From a virus, in IMG/VR virus record IMGVR_UViG_3300005532_000007, positions 24,173 through 88,172 of that record: 64,000 nt of DNA; one strand, given 5' to 3'. The translations under genes and the position numbers were made by a program. Positions 63,764 through 64,000 of this stretch are shown one piece after another. Each line of letters begins with the position of its first letter. Position 1 is the first letter of the stretch. Below the pieces are notes generated by a model. The model had not been told where the DNA came from. It searched no databases and saw only the letters and a list, made by a program, of their open reading frames with translations.

Positions 63764-63883
63764 GCTGCCCGCGAAACCGGGGCCCGGCCAGGGTTTTTGC
63801 CCAGTTGTGATGTAGAACCTGCTGTAGGGTTCTTTACCCCTCGCGGACCCGTACTATATCCGCTGGTAGTGGCTATCAATGTC

Positions 63884-63910
63884 TGGTGTCCGAGGGGGGA
63901 CTTGAACCCC
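63884..63910 (-). other. att core = 3' end of tRNA-Leu (T arm + acceptor + CCA); no full tRNA present
   Basis: GGGGTTCAAGTCCCCCCTCGGACACCA; upstream sequence is not tRNA; GGCGA(C/G)T repeats at 63951, 63961 and 63971. Confidence 0.85.
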
Positions 63911-64000
63911 GCTTGCACAGCAGGTCAGCAGGTAGACGGCTCGCGCGAATGGCGACTAAAGGCGACTGGCGGCGAGTTTTGACCGCTGCGTGCTCCAAAA

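Larger units (their letters stand above)
1..63910. mobile_element. Temperate actinophage / prophage with an embedded TraB conjugation module (partial; head and most tail genes lie outside the window)
   Basis: Tail, lysis, replication, recombination, repressor, integrase and att in phage-like order. Confidence 0.9.

Noticed and set aside
63884-63910. Complete tRNA-Leu gene
   Set aside because: Only the T arm and 3' acceptor strand are present; the upstream sequence has no anticodon or D arm

Overview
High-GC actinobacterial temperate-phage DNA. The window starts inside the distal tail genes and ends just past a tyrosine integrase and a 27-bp tRNA-Leu 3'-end att core. Non-tRNA sequence lies on both sides of the core, so it is attP-like or a tandem-element junction. 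Gene order: tail end (1-1.3 kb); a reverse-strand cassette with a JAMM/MPN+ protease and an RNase AS-like exonuclease; a lysis cassette (3.8-6.9 kb); a Streptomyces plasmid/AICE-type conjugation module without RepSA (TraB FtsK/SpoIIIE translocase, Spd-like membrane proteins, NUDIX, Xis-like HTH, KorA/KorSA-like GntR; 6.9-18.2 kb); a second iteron-bearing replication initiator; accessory genes including a solo tnpB behind a PafBC-type DNA-damage promoter and an XRE-DUF5753 operon; a 127-nt tRNA-like RNA; a largely leftward early region (about 33.7-60.6 kb) with two DNA methyltransferases, O-like Rep plus DnaC, RusA, ERF/YqaJ and many host-like regulators (WhiB1, BldG-like STAS, PP2C, LuxR, OmpR-type DBD, RNAP alpha-CTD); then the immunity region and integrase. 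The main candidates for new biology are a phage that also encodes TraB-type conjugal transfer, a possibly domesticated TnpB whose predicted guide matches a promoter region of the same element, and a tRNA-elbow mimic with an expanded anticodon domain. All family assignments are by eye from motifs; no database searches were run.
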